A DNA stretch of 64,000 bases from Candidatus Limnocylindrus sp. (GCA_040397235.1 JBBAWH010000006.1:8854-72853); one strand, 5' to 3'; positions 29,965-39,757 are shown, counted from the stretch's first letter. Notes: generated by a model not told the origin, from the letters alone. Made by a program: numbers and translations.

Positions 29965-32313
29965 TTAACGCGGATTCCTAACAGGATTCAGGTTGTTGCG
30001 TTCTAACGGCAGCCTTCGCAGCCTCAGAGCATTCAGCACCACCGTCACGCTCGATCCACCCATGGCGGCGGCGGCGAGTGCTGGGTCAAGTCCGATGCCG
30101 AAAGTTGGGAGCAAGAGGCCGGCGGCGAGTGGCACCAGGATGATGTTGTAACCAAAGGCCCAACCAAGGTTCTGCTTGATGATGCGCGTGGTGGCGCGCG
30201 CAAGATCGACGAGGAGTGGCACACCGCGCGGGTCTGCGCCGCTCAAGGTTGCAGCCGATGCATCGATCGCGATCTCGGTTCCGCCACCCATGGAGATACC
30301 TACGTCAGCAGCGGCGAGTGCTGGCGCGTCGTTCACGCCATCTCCCACCATCGCTACGGGCCCACTGCTGCTGCGTCGAATCTCGGCGATCGCCTCGCCC
30401 TTACCGCCAGGAAGAATGCCGCCGCGGGCGCGCTCTGATGGAATGCTGAGGTCGTGGGCGATGGCGTTCACCACCTCTTGGCGATCGCCGCTGATGATCC
30501 ACGACTCAATGCCGCGTGCGCTCAGTGCACGGATCGCGGCGGCGCTCTCTGGGCGAACCGTATCGGCAAGGCTGAGCGCGCCGGCAGATTCGCCGTTGAT
30601 TGAGATAAAGAGCGGCGTGCGTCCCGCAGCCGCCTCTCCTGATGCCCACCTGGTGAGCTCGGGGTTGATCGTGGCGGTGAAGGCCTCGGTGCCGATGCGC
30701 ACCGCTGCACCATCGACGGTTGCGCTTACGCCATGCCCGGCGTGCATGGCGAAGTCGGTGGCGCTTGCCGTGACAGCGCCTGCGGCACGCACGATCGCGC
30801 GGGCGAGTGGATGTTCCGATGGGTTCTCGACCGCGGCGGCGATCTGTAGGAGTCGATCGGTGTTGCCGGCGAGCGGGCCGTCGGCGAGGGCGATACGGCC
30901 GACGAGGGCGTGCTGGCCGAGGGTGAGGGTGCCGGTCTTATCCCAGACCACGGCGCGCAGCTTCCCTGCCGCCTCGAGGATGGCGGCGTCGCGCACGAGG
31001 ATTCCCGCCTCGGCGCCGCGGCCGGTGCCGGCGATCACGGCGGTGGGGGTGGCGAGGCCCATTGCGCAGGGGCAGGCAACCACGAGCACGGCGATGGCGG
31101 TGGCCACGGCGCGCACCAGGCGCGGCTCCGCCCCGAGCAGGTACCAGCCAACGAAGGTCGCCACGGCGATCAGCAGGATGGCCGGCACGAATACCTCTGA
31201 GATGCGGTCGGCGAGGCGGGCGATCGCAGGCTTCGATCCCTGCGCGCGCTCGACCATGGCGACGATGCGGGCCAGCGTGGTGTTCGCGCCAACCTGTGTG
31301 GCGCGCATCACAATTGCGGCGTCGGTAAGCAGCGTGCCTGCGGCGAGTCTGCTCCCTGGACCGCGCTCTACTGGGAGCGACTCACCGGTGATCGCCGACT
31401 CATCAACGGCGGCGCGTCCACTCACGATGATGCCGTCTACAGGGATGCGCCCACCAGGACGAATGCGCAGCAGGTCACCAGCGATGATCTTGTTCACGGC
31501 GATGGTGGTTGCGGTTGGGGCGTCGGCGGTTGCAAGCAGCTCTGCCTCGCGCGGTTGAAGCGCCAGGATCCCGCGCACCGCGCTGGTTGTCTGCTCCTTG
31601 GCGCGCGCCTCCATCCAGCGACCGAGTGCGACAAAACCGAGAATGAGTGCCGCGGCGTCCCACGTTGCGTGCGCCGGAATGCCAACGCGCATCAGCTGCG
31701 AATGGAAGAGGGTAATCGCCACCGACCAGCTCCATGCCGCCGTGGTGCCGAGACTGACGAGCGTCTCCATGGTGAGTGAACCGTGACGAAGTGCGCGCAG
31801 TGCGCGCGAGTGGAAGCGCCAGCCAACGGCGAACTGAATGATGGTGGAGGGCACGATCAGGATCCAGTTGACACGCTCCATGCTAATAAAGAGCCACGGC
31901 TGCAACATCAGTACCATCGCGCCGAAGCCGAAGATCGTGGCGATGATTCCGTCACGGAGAAGTCCGCGCGTCTCTTTGGTGCGCGCGGCGACGAGCTCGG
32001 CATCGAGTGCGGCGCGCGCGTCCTGTGCATCGGCGTCCCCTTCACGTCCGGCGAGGACGAGTGCGGCGGCGGGAACCTCGTATCCAGCTGCGCTGATCAC
32101 CGCAGCGAGATCGGCAACGCCCGTTGCCTCTGGCGCGTACTGAATGGTGGCCATCGAGGTCGCAAGGTTCACGCTCGCCCCGCTCACGCCGTCGGCCTTC
32201 TTCAGGAATCGCTCCACGCGGTTCACGCACGAGGCGCAGGTCATCCCAGTGACGGGGAGGGCAATCTCCGCCACGGGGGTGGTTGGCGCCGCAGGAACAG
32301 GCTCAGTCAACAT
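29965..32313 (-). CDS. copA: Cu(I)-translocating P1B-type ATPase
   Basis: GMTCASC, TGES, CPC, DKTGT, SEHP, GDGVND, YN and MxxSS Cu(I) motifs. Confidence 0.93.
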   Translation of the reverse strand: MLTEPVPAAPTTPVAEIALPVTGMTCASCVNRVERFLKKADGVSGASVNLATSMATIQYAPEATGVADLAAVISAAGYEVPAAALVLAGREGDADAQDARAALDAELVAARTKETRGLLRDGIIATIFGFGAMVLMLQPWLFISMERVNWILIVPSTIIQFAVGWRFHSRALRALRHGSLTMETLVSLGTTAAWSWSVAITLFHSQLMRVGIPAHATWDAAALILGFVALGRWMEARAKEQTTSAVRGILALQPREAELLATADAPTATTIAVNKIIAGDLLRIRPGGRIPVDGIIVSGRAAVDESAITGESLPVERGPGSRLAAGTLLTDAAIVMRATQVGANTTLARIVAMVERAQGSKPAIARLADRISEVFVPAILLIAVATFVGWYLLGAEPRLVRAVATAIAVLVVACPCAMGLATPTAVIAGTGRGAEAGILVRDAAILEAAGKLRAVVWDKTGTLTLGQHALVGRIALADGPLAGNTDRLLQIAAAVENPSEHPLARAIVRAAGAVTASATDFAMHAGHGVSATVDGAAVRIGTEAFTATINPELTRWASGEAAAGRTPLFISINGESAGALSLADTVRPESAAAIRALSARGIESWIISGDRQEVVNAIAHDLSIPSERARGGILPGGKGEAIAEIRRSSSGPVAMVGDGVNDAPALAAADVGISMGGGTEIAIDASAATLSGADPRGVPLLVDLARATTRIIKQNLGWAFGYNIILVPLAAGLLLPTFGIGLDPALAAAAMGGSSVTVVLNALRLRRLPLERNNLNPVRNPR
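30008..30120. repeat. Direct-repeat copy within the functional copA 3' end
   Basis: Matches 26786-26898; the first 77 nt differ at only 3 positions. Confidence 0.9.
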
Positions 32314-32328
32314 ACTCAGGGGGAGTAT
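32312..32328. promoter_or_regulatory. CsoR-type operator candidate ATACTC-AGGGG-GAGTAT
   Basis: ATAC/GTAT inverted repeat around a G-tract, overlapping the copA -10 (TATACT) and start codon. Confidence 0.65.
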
Positions 32329-32371
32329 ACGCCTCATCTGGCCGATAAGTGCCTCGGGCTAGGCTGCGCGC

Positions 32372-32902
32372 ATGAAGATCTATTCGTGGACGAGCCCGTG
32401 GGGAGTGCTGCCCGTTGCGGTGGAGAACGGCCGCATCTGTGCCATCGCCCTCGATCCAGGTGCGCCGTTTGCGCCTGCTGCCACGACGGCGGTTGGCCGC
32501 CGATCTCCAGGGCCGATCACCAGTGCACGTGAGGTGAACCGCATCCTGAACGCCGCGCTACGTGGGCAGCTCAGTGCGCGAGAGCGACTCGCGGCCGTCG
32601 ACCTAACTTGGGCGACCGAGTTTGAGCAGCGCGTGTTCCGTGCGTTAGCTGGCGTGCGCTTTGGTGCCACGGTCACGTATGGCGAACTTGCAGCGGCGAG
32701 TGGGTCGCCACGTGCCGCGCGTGCCGTGGGCGGTGCGCTCGGCAAGAACCGCGTGCCCGTGCTGATCCCCTGCCACCGCGTGTTGGCGTCAAACGGCATC
32801 GGTGGATTCGGTGGTGGCGCAGGGAGCAGCTGGCGTCCTGGGGCAACGGATCCAATTGCCTTCAAGCGCGCACTGCTGCGCGGCGAAGGGGTCGACGCTT
32901 AG
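32372..32902 (+). CDS. ogt: Methylated-DNA--protein-cysteine methyltransferase
   Basis: TYGELA, AARAVG, IPCHRV. Confidence 0.9.
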   Translation: MKIYSWTSPWGVLPVAVENGRICAIALDPGAPFAPAATTAVGRRSPGPITSAREVNRILNAALRGQLSARERLAAVDLTWATEFEQRVFRALAGVRFGATVTYGELAAASGSPRAARAVGGALGKNRVPVLIPCHRVLASNGIGGFGGGAGSSWRPGATDPIAFKRALLRGEGVDA

Positions 32903-33210
32903 GCGTGCAGCGTCAGGCTGTGGAAGCCGAGCACCACACGCGCTCGCGGTGAGTCGGCAAAGATCAGCGCAATCTCACCTTCGCGTACGAGGCTCTCAAT
33001 GATGCGCGCCTCGCGCTCCGGAAGGCCGATCCACGCTAGGCCTTCGGGTGTCTCGATGCGCGTGGTGATCTCTTCATCACCAGGTAGCCCATAGGTTCGT
33101 CGCAAGTCATGCAGCGGCACATACGGTCGCGCCTTGGCGATACGACGCACCTGCGCCGGTGTCGCCTGACGAACCTGCTGCTGTGCGCTTGCGACTGGAC
33201 CGTCGGTCAT
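32899..33210 (-). CDS. Hypothetical protein
   Basis: Coupled to the M24 gene by ATGA overlap; globular-looking 103 aa. Confidence 0.65.
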   Translation of the reverse strand: MTDGPVASAQQQVRQATPAQVRRIAKARPYVPLHDLRRTYGLPGDEEITTRIETPEGLAWIGLPEREARIIESLVREGEIALIFADSPRARVVLGFHSLTLHA

Positions 33211-34454
33211 CCGGCTACCACATAGAGGTCACGCTTGGTGTGATTCAGCGCATCCACTGCGCTGTCGCCACAAAGGACGATGTCTTCGATGCGGGCACCG
33301 TTGACACCCTCGACGTAGATGCCTGGCTCGATCGAGAAGGCGTGACCCGGGACGAGTTTCGTGGTGTTCCCCGCGACGATATACGGATCCTCGTGCTCCT
33401 CGAGGCCGATTCCGTGCCCGGTGCGGTGGAAGAAGCGGGCCCCCTCCCCTGCCGCGTCGATCACGGCGCGGGCGGCGGCGTCGACCGATTCGCAGCTCAC
33501 CCCTGGGCGAACATGATCCATCGCCGCCTGGTGGGAGCGCTTCAAGATCTCGTAGCGGCGCAGGTAGTCGTCGCTTGGTGGCACCGCCCCGTTCGGGCCG
33601 GTCACCCAGATGGTGCGCGTGGTGTCGGAGCCGTAGCCGCCGAAGACGCCACCAATGTCGAGCACGATCGCGTCACCAGCGTTGATCACGCGCGATGAGG
33701 CCTCGTGATGTGGTGAGGCCGAGTTCGGGCCGGAGCCAACGATGGCAAACGATGAGACCTCATGCCCAGCACCGGTAAGTCGCTCGCGCACTTCGCGCGC
33801 CACATCGTTCTCGGTGCGACCAAGCAGCTTGCCGCTCGTGATCGCCATCACGACGGTGTCCACAGCGCGACCCGCGCCGCGGAGCAGAGACGCCTCTTCA
33901 GCTGACTTCACCATGCGCAGCTTGCCAATCACATGCGACGCCAGCTGTGTCTGGGTAATGGCGCCGTGGGTACGCAGCGCCGCCTCAATGCGGATCAAGA
34001 AGGTTGACCAGAGTCGGTCAGAGACAGCCACGCCGCGCGCAGCAGAGCCAGGTCGGCCGCCAGCCTTCACTGCTGTTGCGACAAGGGCGAACGGATCGTC
34101 GGTTTCGCCAAAGGGGACGCGGGCCACGTGACCACCGCGCATTGCGGGGGCGTCACCAGCCATGCCTGTTTCGAGTCGCGGCACGATGAGTGTTGGTGCA
34201 CCGTTCGCTGGAATCACCAGCATGGTGAGTCGCTCCAGTGCTGGTGCGGCGTAACCGGTGAGGTAGCGCATGTCGGCGCCGAAGCCGAGCAACACGGCGT
34301 CAAGGCCGGCGTCGTTCACCGCGTCACGCGCGGCGGAGAGTCGCGCAGCGTAGGCGGCGGGGCCGATGAGCTTCGCCTCGAGGGCGTGTCCGGCGCCAAG
34401 CCCTGGGGTGGCAGCGGCGTAGGCGGCGTCAATCTCGGCGCTTCGGTTGCTCAT
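33207..34454 (-). CDS. Xaa-Pro peptidase (M24 family)
   Basis: SPHH, LDIGG, SDTTRT, HRTGHGIGL, IEPGIY, RIED. Confidence 0.93.
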   Translation of the reverse strand: MSNRSAEIDAAYAAATPGLGAGHALEAKLIGPAAYAARLSAARDAVNDAGLDAVLLGFGADMRYLTGYAAPALERLTMLVIPANGAPTLIVPRLETGMAGDAPAMRGGHVARVPFGETDDPFALVATAVKAGGRPGSAARGVAVSDRLWSTFLIRIEAALRTHGAITQTQLASHVIGKLRMVKSAEEASLLRGAGRAVDTVVMAITSGKLLGRTENDVAREVRERLTGAGHEVSSFAIVGSGPNSASPHHEASSRVINAGDAIVLDIGGVFGGYGSDTTRTIWVTGPNGAVPPSDDYLRRYEILKRSHQAAMDHVRPGVSCESVDAAARAVIDAAGEGARFFHRTGHGIGLEEHEDPYIVAGNTTKLVPGHAFSIEPGIYVEGVNGARIEDIVLCGDSAVDALNHTKRDLYVVAG

Positions 34455-34867
34455 GCACCCTCCTCAGTTGCTCTCGCTGGACTCGTTGCCGGTGGCACCG
34501 GCAGATCGAGTAGCCCTGCGAGGATCGCATGCCCGCGCTCAAAGAGGGCGCGGTACGGCATGGCGCGCACCGCCCCTGCGGCGATCAGGCTCGCCCGCCC
34601 CTCTGGATCGTCGTGCTGGACCAGGGCGAGGACCCGTGCCCCGGTCGCCGCCACGGCCCGAACCGCCCCCTCGGCGTCGTAGGCGCGGGCGGTGGCATCG
34701 ATGGCCACCAGGTCGGTGGGGGTGGCAGGCTGAGCGGCGAGGAGCGCAAGGAGGGGCGCTGGCGTGGTGAATCGCTGGACATCAGCGCCAAGGGTGCGCC
34801 CCTGTCCTTCGAGTCGGGTGGCCCAGATAAGATCGTCGGCCAGCACCAGAAGGCGCGGCGCGGTCAC
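34451..34867 (-). CDS. Stand-alone receiver (REC)-like protein, atypical
   Basis: LLVLADD, DLVAID, AGA pattern; GTGA overlap with korB stop. Confidence 0.6.
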   Translation of the reverse strand: MTAPRLLVLADDLIWATRLEGQGRTLGADVQRFTTPAPLLALLAAQPATPTDLVAIDATARAYDAEGAVRAVAATGARVLALVQHDDPEGRASLIAAGAVRAMPYRALFERGHAILAGLLDLPVPPATSPARATEEGA

Positions 34868-35895
34868 TCGACCGTCCAGGTCTCCCCTGAGGCGAGGAGC
34901 TTCTGTAGGTCGACGGGGCCCTTCGCGGCGCGCGCCGCCTTCGCTCCATCGATCTGCTCCACCAGGAGCTGGTCGTGTGTTGGGCGTGGCACGCGACGGA
35001 AGACGCCAACTGGCACTGGGAAGTCGGGCCACCACATGCGGCTCAAGATCTGCGTGCGCGTGGCATCAGGGTCGGTCTCGTCGTGCACCCAGAGGTCGGC
35101 AACGCTCACGCCGTTCTCGCCAATGGTCACGACCTCTGGTCGTAGACCGTTGAGGCGAATCCCCTTGTTCTTCTCGGCGCCGAAGATCATCGGCTCGCCG
35201 TGCTTCAGCACCAGCATGCGATCCTCTTTCACCGACTTATCGGTGAAGTCGCGCCAGGCGCCGTCGTTGAAGATGTTGCAGTTCTGCAGCACCTCGAGGA
35301 AGGCGGCACCCGAGTGCTCGCCGGCACGATGCATCATCTCTTGCAGGTGCTCGGAGTGCGTATCAACTGATCGAGCGATGAAGCTCGCCTCGGCGGCGGC
35401 AACGAGGTTGAGCGGAATGATCGGCGTTTCGATGGTGCCGAGCGGCGTCGACTTCGTCTTCTTCCCCATCGGCGAGGTTGGCGATGCCTGACCCTTGGTG
35501 AGACCGTAGATGCGGTTGTTGAACATGATCATTTTCATGTCGACGTTGCGGCGCATCGCGTGGATCAGGTGGTTGCCGCCGATGGAGAGGGCGTCACCAT
35601 CACCGGTGATCACCCAGACCATCAGGTCAGGACGCGCCGCCTTGAGGCCAGTTGCAATGGTTGCCGCACGGCCGTGGATCGTATGGAAGCCGTAGGTGTT
35701 CATGTAGTACGGGAGGCGACCCGAGCAGCCGATACCAGAGATGAAAACGATCTTCTCCTTGGCGACGCCGAAGGTAGGCATGGCCTTCTGAGTCTGCGCC
35801 AGGATCGCATAGTCACCGCACCCTGGGCACCAGCGCACATCCTGGTCGGACTCGAAATCCTTCTTCGTCAGCACAGGGAGCTCAGACTGGGTCAC
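34864..35895 (-). CDS. korB: 2-oxoacid:ferredoxin oxidoreductase beta subunit
   Basis: WCPGCGD, SGIGCS, HGR, GDGD, YGLTKGQ.SPT. Confidence 0.93.
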   Translation of the reverse strand: MTQSELPVLTKKDFESDQDVRWCPGCGDYAILAQTQKAMPTFGVAKEKIVFISGIGCSGRLPYYMNTYGFHTIHGRAATIATGLKAARPDLMVWVITGDGDALSIGGNHLIHAMRRNVDMKMIMFNNRIYGLTKGQASPTSPMGKKTKSTPLGTIETPIIPLNLVAAAEASFIARSVDTHSEHLQEMMHRAGEHSGAAFLEVLQNCNIFNDGAWRDFTDKSVKEDRMLVLKHGEPMIFGAEKNKGIRLNGLRPEVVTIGENGVSVADLWVHDETDPDATRTQILSRMWWPDFPVPVGVFRRVPRPTHDQLLVEQIDGAKAARAAKGPVDLQKLLASGETWTVE

Positions 35896-37772
35896 TTTGC
35901 GGCCTCCACACTCTCGCCGAGGATTGACTCGGCCTTCGCCTCAATCTCACCGATCTGGAACGGCTTGCCGCGCACCAGATTGAAGCCCACCGCATCGACC
36001 AGATACTTGGCGCGAATCAGCATGCGCAGCTGGCCGGCATTGAGCTCGGGCATCAGCACGTGCTTGAAGTTCTTCAGCATCGCACCGAGATCGTTCGGGA
36101 GTGGGTTCAGGTAGCGCAGGTGGGCGTGGCTGACGCGCTTGCCGCGCGACTGCAGGCGCTCGACCGCCGAACGAATCGCCCCATAGGTTGAGCCCCAGCC
36201 CAAGATGAGCAGGTCGCCAGTGGTCTCACCATAGATTTCGGTCGGTGGAATGTCGCGGGCGACGCGCGCCACCTTCTCGGCGCGCAACAGGTTCATGCGG
36301 TGGTGGTTATCGGGGTCGTAGCTGACCGTCCCCAACTCGTCGAGCTTCTCGAGGCCGCCGATGCGGTGCTCAAGCCCTGGCGTTCCAGGCACCGCCCACG
36401 GGCGTGCCAGCGTCTCGGGGTCGCGCTGATACGGTCGGAAGCCTGGCTTGTCTGAGGCGGGTGCATTCTCGACCTTGATCGATGGCAGGTCAGCAACGTT
36501 CGGAATGCTCCACGGCTCGGCACCTGTCGCCAAGAAGGCGTCGCTCAAGAAGACAACCGGCGTCATGTGGTGCAGCGCGATGCGCCACGCCTCGATCGCC
36601 ATCGTGAAGCACTCGGCGGGCGTTGCTGGTGCAATCACGGGAATCGGTGAATCGGAGTTGCGGCCGAACATGCTCATCAGCAGGTCGCCCTGCTCGGTCT
36701 TCGTTGGCATACCGGTCGACGGACCGGCGCGCTGCACATCAACAACCACGAGTGGCAGCTCAACCATGACGGCGAGACCGAGCATCTCAGCCTTTAACGC
36801 CATGCCAGGGCCAGAGGTGGTGGTCATGCCCATGGCACCGCCGTATGCGGCACCAACCGCGGCGCCGATCGCCGCGATCTCATCTTCGGACTGCACCGTC
36901 TTAATGCCGAGGTGCTTGTACGACGAGAGCTGATGCAGGATGTCGGAGGCTGGCGTGATCGGATAGCTAGCCAAGAAGAGGTCGCGCTCGGCGAGCTTTG
37001 ACGCCATCACGAAGCCGAGGGCGGTCGCCTCGTTGCCGGTGATGTTGCGATACGTGCCGGGTGGTAGGTGCGCTGCGGCGACGCGGTAGTGCGTGTGGAA
37101 GATCTCGGTCGTCTCACCGAAGGCGTAGCCAGCGTGCAGTGCACGACGGTTCGCCTCGGCGATCGCATCCTTGCCGGCGAACTTCTCGGCGATCCACTTC
37201 TCGGTGCCAGCCATTGAGCGCTCGTAGAGCCAGAACATCACGCCAAGGGCGAAGAAGTTTTTGGAGAGCTCGACCTGCTTGCTGCTGAGGCCGAGGCCCT
37301 CGCAGACACCAGCGACCATCGTTGACATTGGAATCTCGTAGAGGTTGAACCCTTGCAGGCTCTGGTTCTTCAGCGGATCTTCGGCGAAGCCCGCCTTGCG
37401 CAGGTTGATCTCGTTGAAGGCGTCGGTGTTCACGATGATCGCGCCACCTGGAACCAGGTCGCCAAGGTTCACCTTGAGCGCCGCTGGGTTCATGGCGACG
37501 AGCACGTCGGGGCGGTCGCCCGGCGTGTGAATGTCGCCGCTCGAGAAACTGATCTGGAATCCCGAAACGCCAGGGAGCGAGCCGGCTGGTGCGCGAATCT
37601 CGGCCGGGTAGTCGGGCAAGGTCGAGACGTCGTTGCCGAAGAGTGCGGTCGTGGCGGTGAACTGCGAGCCGGTCAGCTGCATCCCGTCGCCCGAGTCGCC
37701 GGCGAAGCGAATCGTGACGCGGTCAAGCTCGGTTACCGTGCCGTGCTGCGCTCCCGAATCGGGGGTGGTCAC
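35892..37772 (-). CDS. korA: 2-oxoacid:ferredoxin oxidoreductase alpha subunit
   Basis: FAGDSGDGMQ, YPITPAS, EDEIAA, TSGPG, QRAGPSTGMPT. Confidence 0.93.
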   Translation of the reverse strand: MTTPDSGAQHGTVTELDRVTIRFAGDSGDGMQLTGSQFTATTALFGNDVSTLPDYPAEIRAPAGSLPGVSGFQISFSSGDIHTPGDRPDVLVAMNPAALKVNLGDLVPGGAIIVNTDAFNEINLRKAGFAEDPLKNQSLQGFNLYEIPMSTMVAGVCEGLGLSSKQVELSKNFFALGVMFWLYERSMAGTEKWIAEKFAGKDAIAEANRRALHAGYAFGETTEIFHTHYRVAAAHLPPGTYRNITGNEATALGFVMASKLAERDLFLASYPITPASDILHQLSSYKHLGIKTVQSEDEIAAIGAAVGAAYGGAMGMTTTSGPGMALKAEMLGLAVMVELPLVVVDVQRAGPSTGMPTKTEQGDLLMSMFGRNSDSPIPVIAPATPAECFTMAIEAWRIALHHMTPVVFLSDAFLATGAEPWSIPNVADLPSIKVENAPASDKPGFRPYQRDPETLARPWAVPGTPGLEHRIGGLEKLDELGTVSYDPDNHHRMNLLRAEKVARVARDIPPTEIYGETTGDLLILGWGSTYGAIRSAVERLQSRGKRVSHAHLRYLNPLPNDLGAMLKNFKHVLMPELNAGQLRMLIRAKYLVDAVGFNLVRGKPFQIGEIEAKAESILGESVEAAK

Positions 37773-37802
37773 GTCGCTCGTACTCCTCTGCCCGTGGGTC
37801 GA

Positions 37803-38459
37803 TTAGCGCCCAGACCGGGCGCGTCCACGCGAGACTACCGCATCTGGGTAGGCGACCCGTAGGGCGGCCAGGAGGCGCTCCTCGTCACGGCGGGAGAGGA
37901 AGTGCCAGAGCAGATAGAGGGTGACGCCGATGGTCCAGAGCACCCCAGCGACAAGCACGCCCGCGTGCATCCCCCCGGCCCCCACCTGGGCGAGGCTCTC
38001 GTTGAGTCCCGCCCCCCAGAGGAGCGCCGCGGCAATGGAGTAGCCGATCGTCATGACGCTGCCGTAGCCGCTCAGCCGACCAAACGAGAGGAACGAGAGC
38101 TTCGGTGCGTCGGGTTCATAGAAGTAGGATGCCTCCAGCCGATGGACTGCCAGCACGTCACGACCGAGTCGCGCGTTGATAGTGCGCTCCAAAAATTCTG
38201 CATGTCGTCGCGCAAACACCGTGTAGTAGAAGGTGTAGCCCGCCTCGAGAAAAGCGAACGGAACCACAAAGAGGAGAGTGACGGCAACGGGCGCGTCAAC
38301 GCTGAGGCCAGAGAGCGCAAGGAGTACCAGGCTCACGACACCCCAGATGGTGATCTGTCGAAAGAAGAGTTCCGAATACGCGCCGAGCATGCCGCGCATG
38401 CGGTCGAGCTGCGCCTCAAGGATGCGGAGCTCTTCTGCTCCCCCACGTCGTGCCACCAT
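37803..38459 (-). CDS. Hypothetical membrane protein
   Basis: About four TM helices; strong AAGGAGGAG RBS. Confidence 0.7.
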   Translation of the reverse strand: MVARRGGAEELRILEAQLDRMRGMLGAYSELFFRQITIWGVVSLVLLALSGLSVDAPVAVTLLFVVPFAFLEAGYTFYYTVFARRHAEFLERTINARLGRDVLAVHRLEASYFYEPDAPKLSFLSFGRLSGYGSVMTIGYSIAAALLWGAGLNESLAQVGAGGMHAGVLVAGVLWTIGVTLYLLWHFLSRRDEERLLAALRVAYPDAVVSRGRARSGR

Positions 38460-38500
38460 CGTCTCCTCCTTAACTAATTGCTTGCGGGTATATTCGCATG

Positions 38501-38890
38501 ATGAAGCGATTGACCGTGCTGCTCCTGACCCTCGTTGCCGCCACGAGCCTCGCGGCCTGCGGCACCGCCATCGGGCCTACTGGCACCCCGGCGTACACGG
38601 TCACCCGCAGCTGGTCGAACGGCATGGAGGAGCAGGCGGTCGTCTATGCCGATGGCCGGACCGTCATGACCCACGAACAGCACTCCGAAAGAGTTACCCT
38701 GCCAGCCGATCAGATGGCCACACTTGCCGCAGCGGCCGCTCTCGAGATTCCTGCGGGCGCCAGCAGCGACGACCCGATCATTGGGGTCACGATTGGCGCC
38801 GGCGCACCGATTCGACCAGCGGGGCTTACGAAGGATTCCCTTCCTGAACTATTGAATCGGCTCCTCGATTCGCACACCCTGAATCCGTAA
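38501..38890 (+). CDS. Putative lipoprotein
   Basis: MKR-hydrophobic-LAAC lipobox; TATATT 6 nt upstream of ATG 38501. Confidence 0.7.
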   Translation: MKRLTVLLLTLVAATSLAACGTAIGPTGTPAYTVTRSWSNGMEEQAVVYADGRTVMTHEQHSERVTLPADQMATLAAAAALEIPAGASSDDPIIGVTIGAGAPIRPAGLTKDSLPELLNRLLDSHTLNP

Positions 38891-38896
38891 GGGCTG

Positions 38897-39757
38897 CTAG
38901 CGCGCGGTTGCCTCGATCAGCACCAGGTGCCGCCCCAGCACTTCGGCGCGTCGATCCGCAAAACGTGAGCCGAGCATCTCCCCCGCCGCCTGCTCCAACG
39001 TCGCCGGGTCAAAGTTCGGCGGGGCGAGATCGATCACCGCAATGCGCCCACCTGGCGCGAGCCATGCGTGAGCCACATCGATCATGCGGGTGCGCGGCTC
39101 CGCGGCGAGCTGACTCAACACGAATGGCACGACGACGAGGCCGGCGGGCGCCCCCTCTGGCCCCTCATCAATTGCGCGCGGATGCAGATGTGCGGTGAGA
39201 CCGTGGGCGATCAACCTGCGACGGGCGCGCTCCAGGCGATCTTCGCGCGCGTCGTAGGCGCTCGTCTCGCCGCGCGACGCGAGCAGCACCGTCCAGAACC
39301 CGATCCCTGCACCGAGCTCCACGATACGACCCTCATACGGGAGTGAATCAAGCCAGAGCACGGCGCGGTCGAGTTCGCCCTGCCAGGTTGCACCACCGAG
39401 TGGTCCGCGATCGTATGGGGCACGATTCAAGTACCACGCCTCAAGTTCGTCAGGATGCTGTGGTGGTGGCAAGAGGCCAAGTCGCGCTGGAACGCCACTC
39501 TCACCAGCATCGGGTGCGCCGCTAACTGCAGGCGCTATTGGTGTTGGTGTCGATGCGAGTGGAATGCCGACGGGTGGTTGCGCACCTTCGGCACGTCGGC
39601 GCAAGCCCTCCTTCAGCTTTGCTTTTAAATATGGCTGGCCGGGTGCTCGCTCAAGACAGGCGGCACAGAGAAGGGTCCATGCCGAGAGGTCCTCAAGCGT
39701 TGTTGCAGATACGGGGAGACCGCACCAAGAGCAGGAGAATGGTGCGACGGCGCTCAA
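38897..39757 (-). CDS. Class I SAM methyltransferase with N-terminal CxxC...CxxC domain
   Basis: IVELGAGIG, LAPGGRI; CSWC and CAAC at the N-terminus. Confidence 0.75.
   Translation of the reverse strand: MSAVAPFSCSWCGLPVSATTLEDLSAWTLLCAACLERAPGQPYLKAKLKEGLRRRAEGAQPPVGIPLASTPTPIAPAVSGAPDAGESGVPARLGLLPPPQHPDELEAWYLNRAPYDRGPLGGATWQGELDRAVLWLDSLPYEGRIVELGAGIGFWTVLLASRGETSAYDAREDRLERARRRLIAHGLTAHLHPRAIDEGPEGAPAGLVVVPFVLSQLAAEPRTRMIDVAHAWLAPGGRIAVIDLAPPNFDPATLEQAAGEMLGSRFADRRAEVLGRHLVLIEATAR

Larger units (their letters stand above)
26899..30007. mobile_element. Small genomic islet (no integrase) between direct repeats of the copA 3' end
   Basis: Flanking 113-nt direct repeat; visibly lower GC (e.g. 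26/60 G+C at 29701-29760); self-contained 4-gene operon. Confidence 0.72.

Noticed and set aside
30176-31558. 460-aa plus-strand ORF (likewise 9440-10687, 11619-12875, 23587-24618)
   Set aside because: Antisense to well-supported genes (copA, ilvC, ilvB, fabF); no recognisable domains
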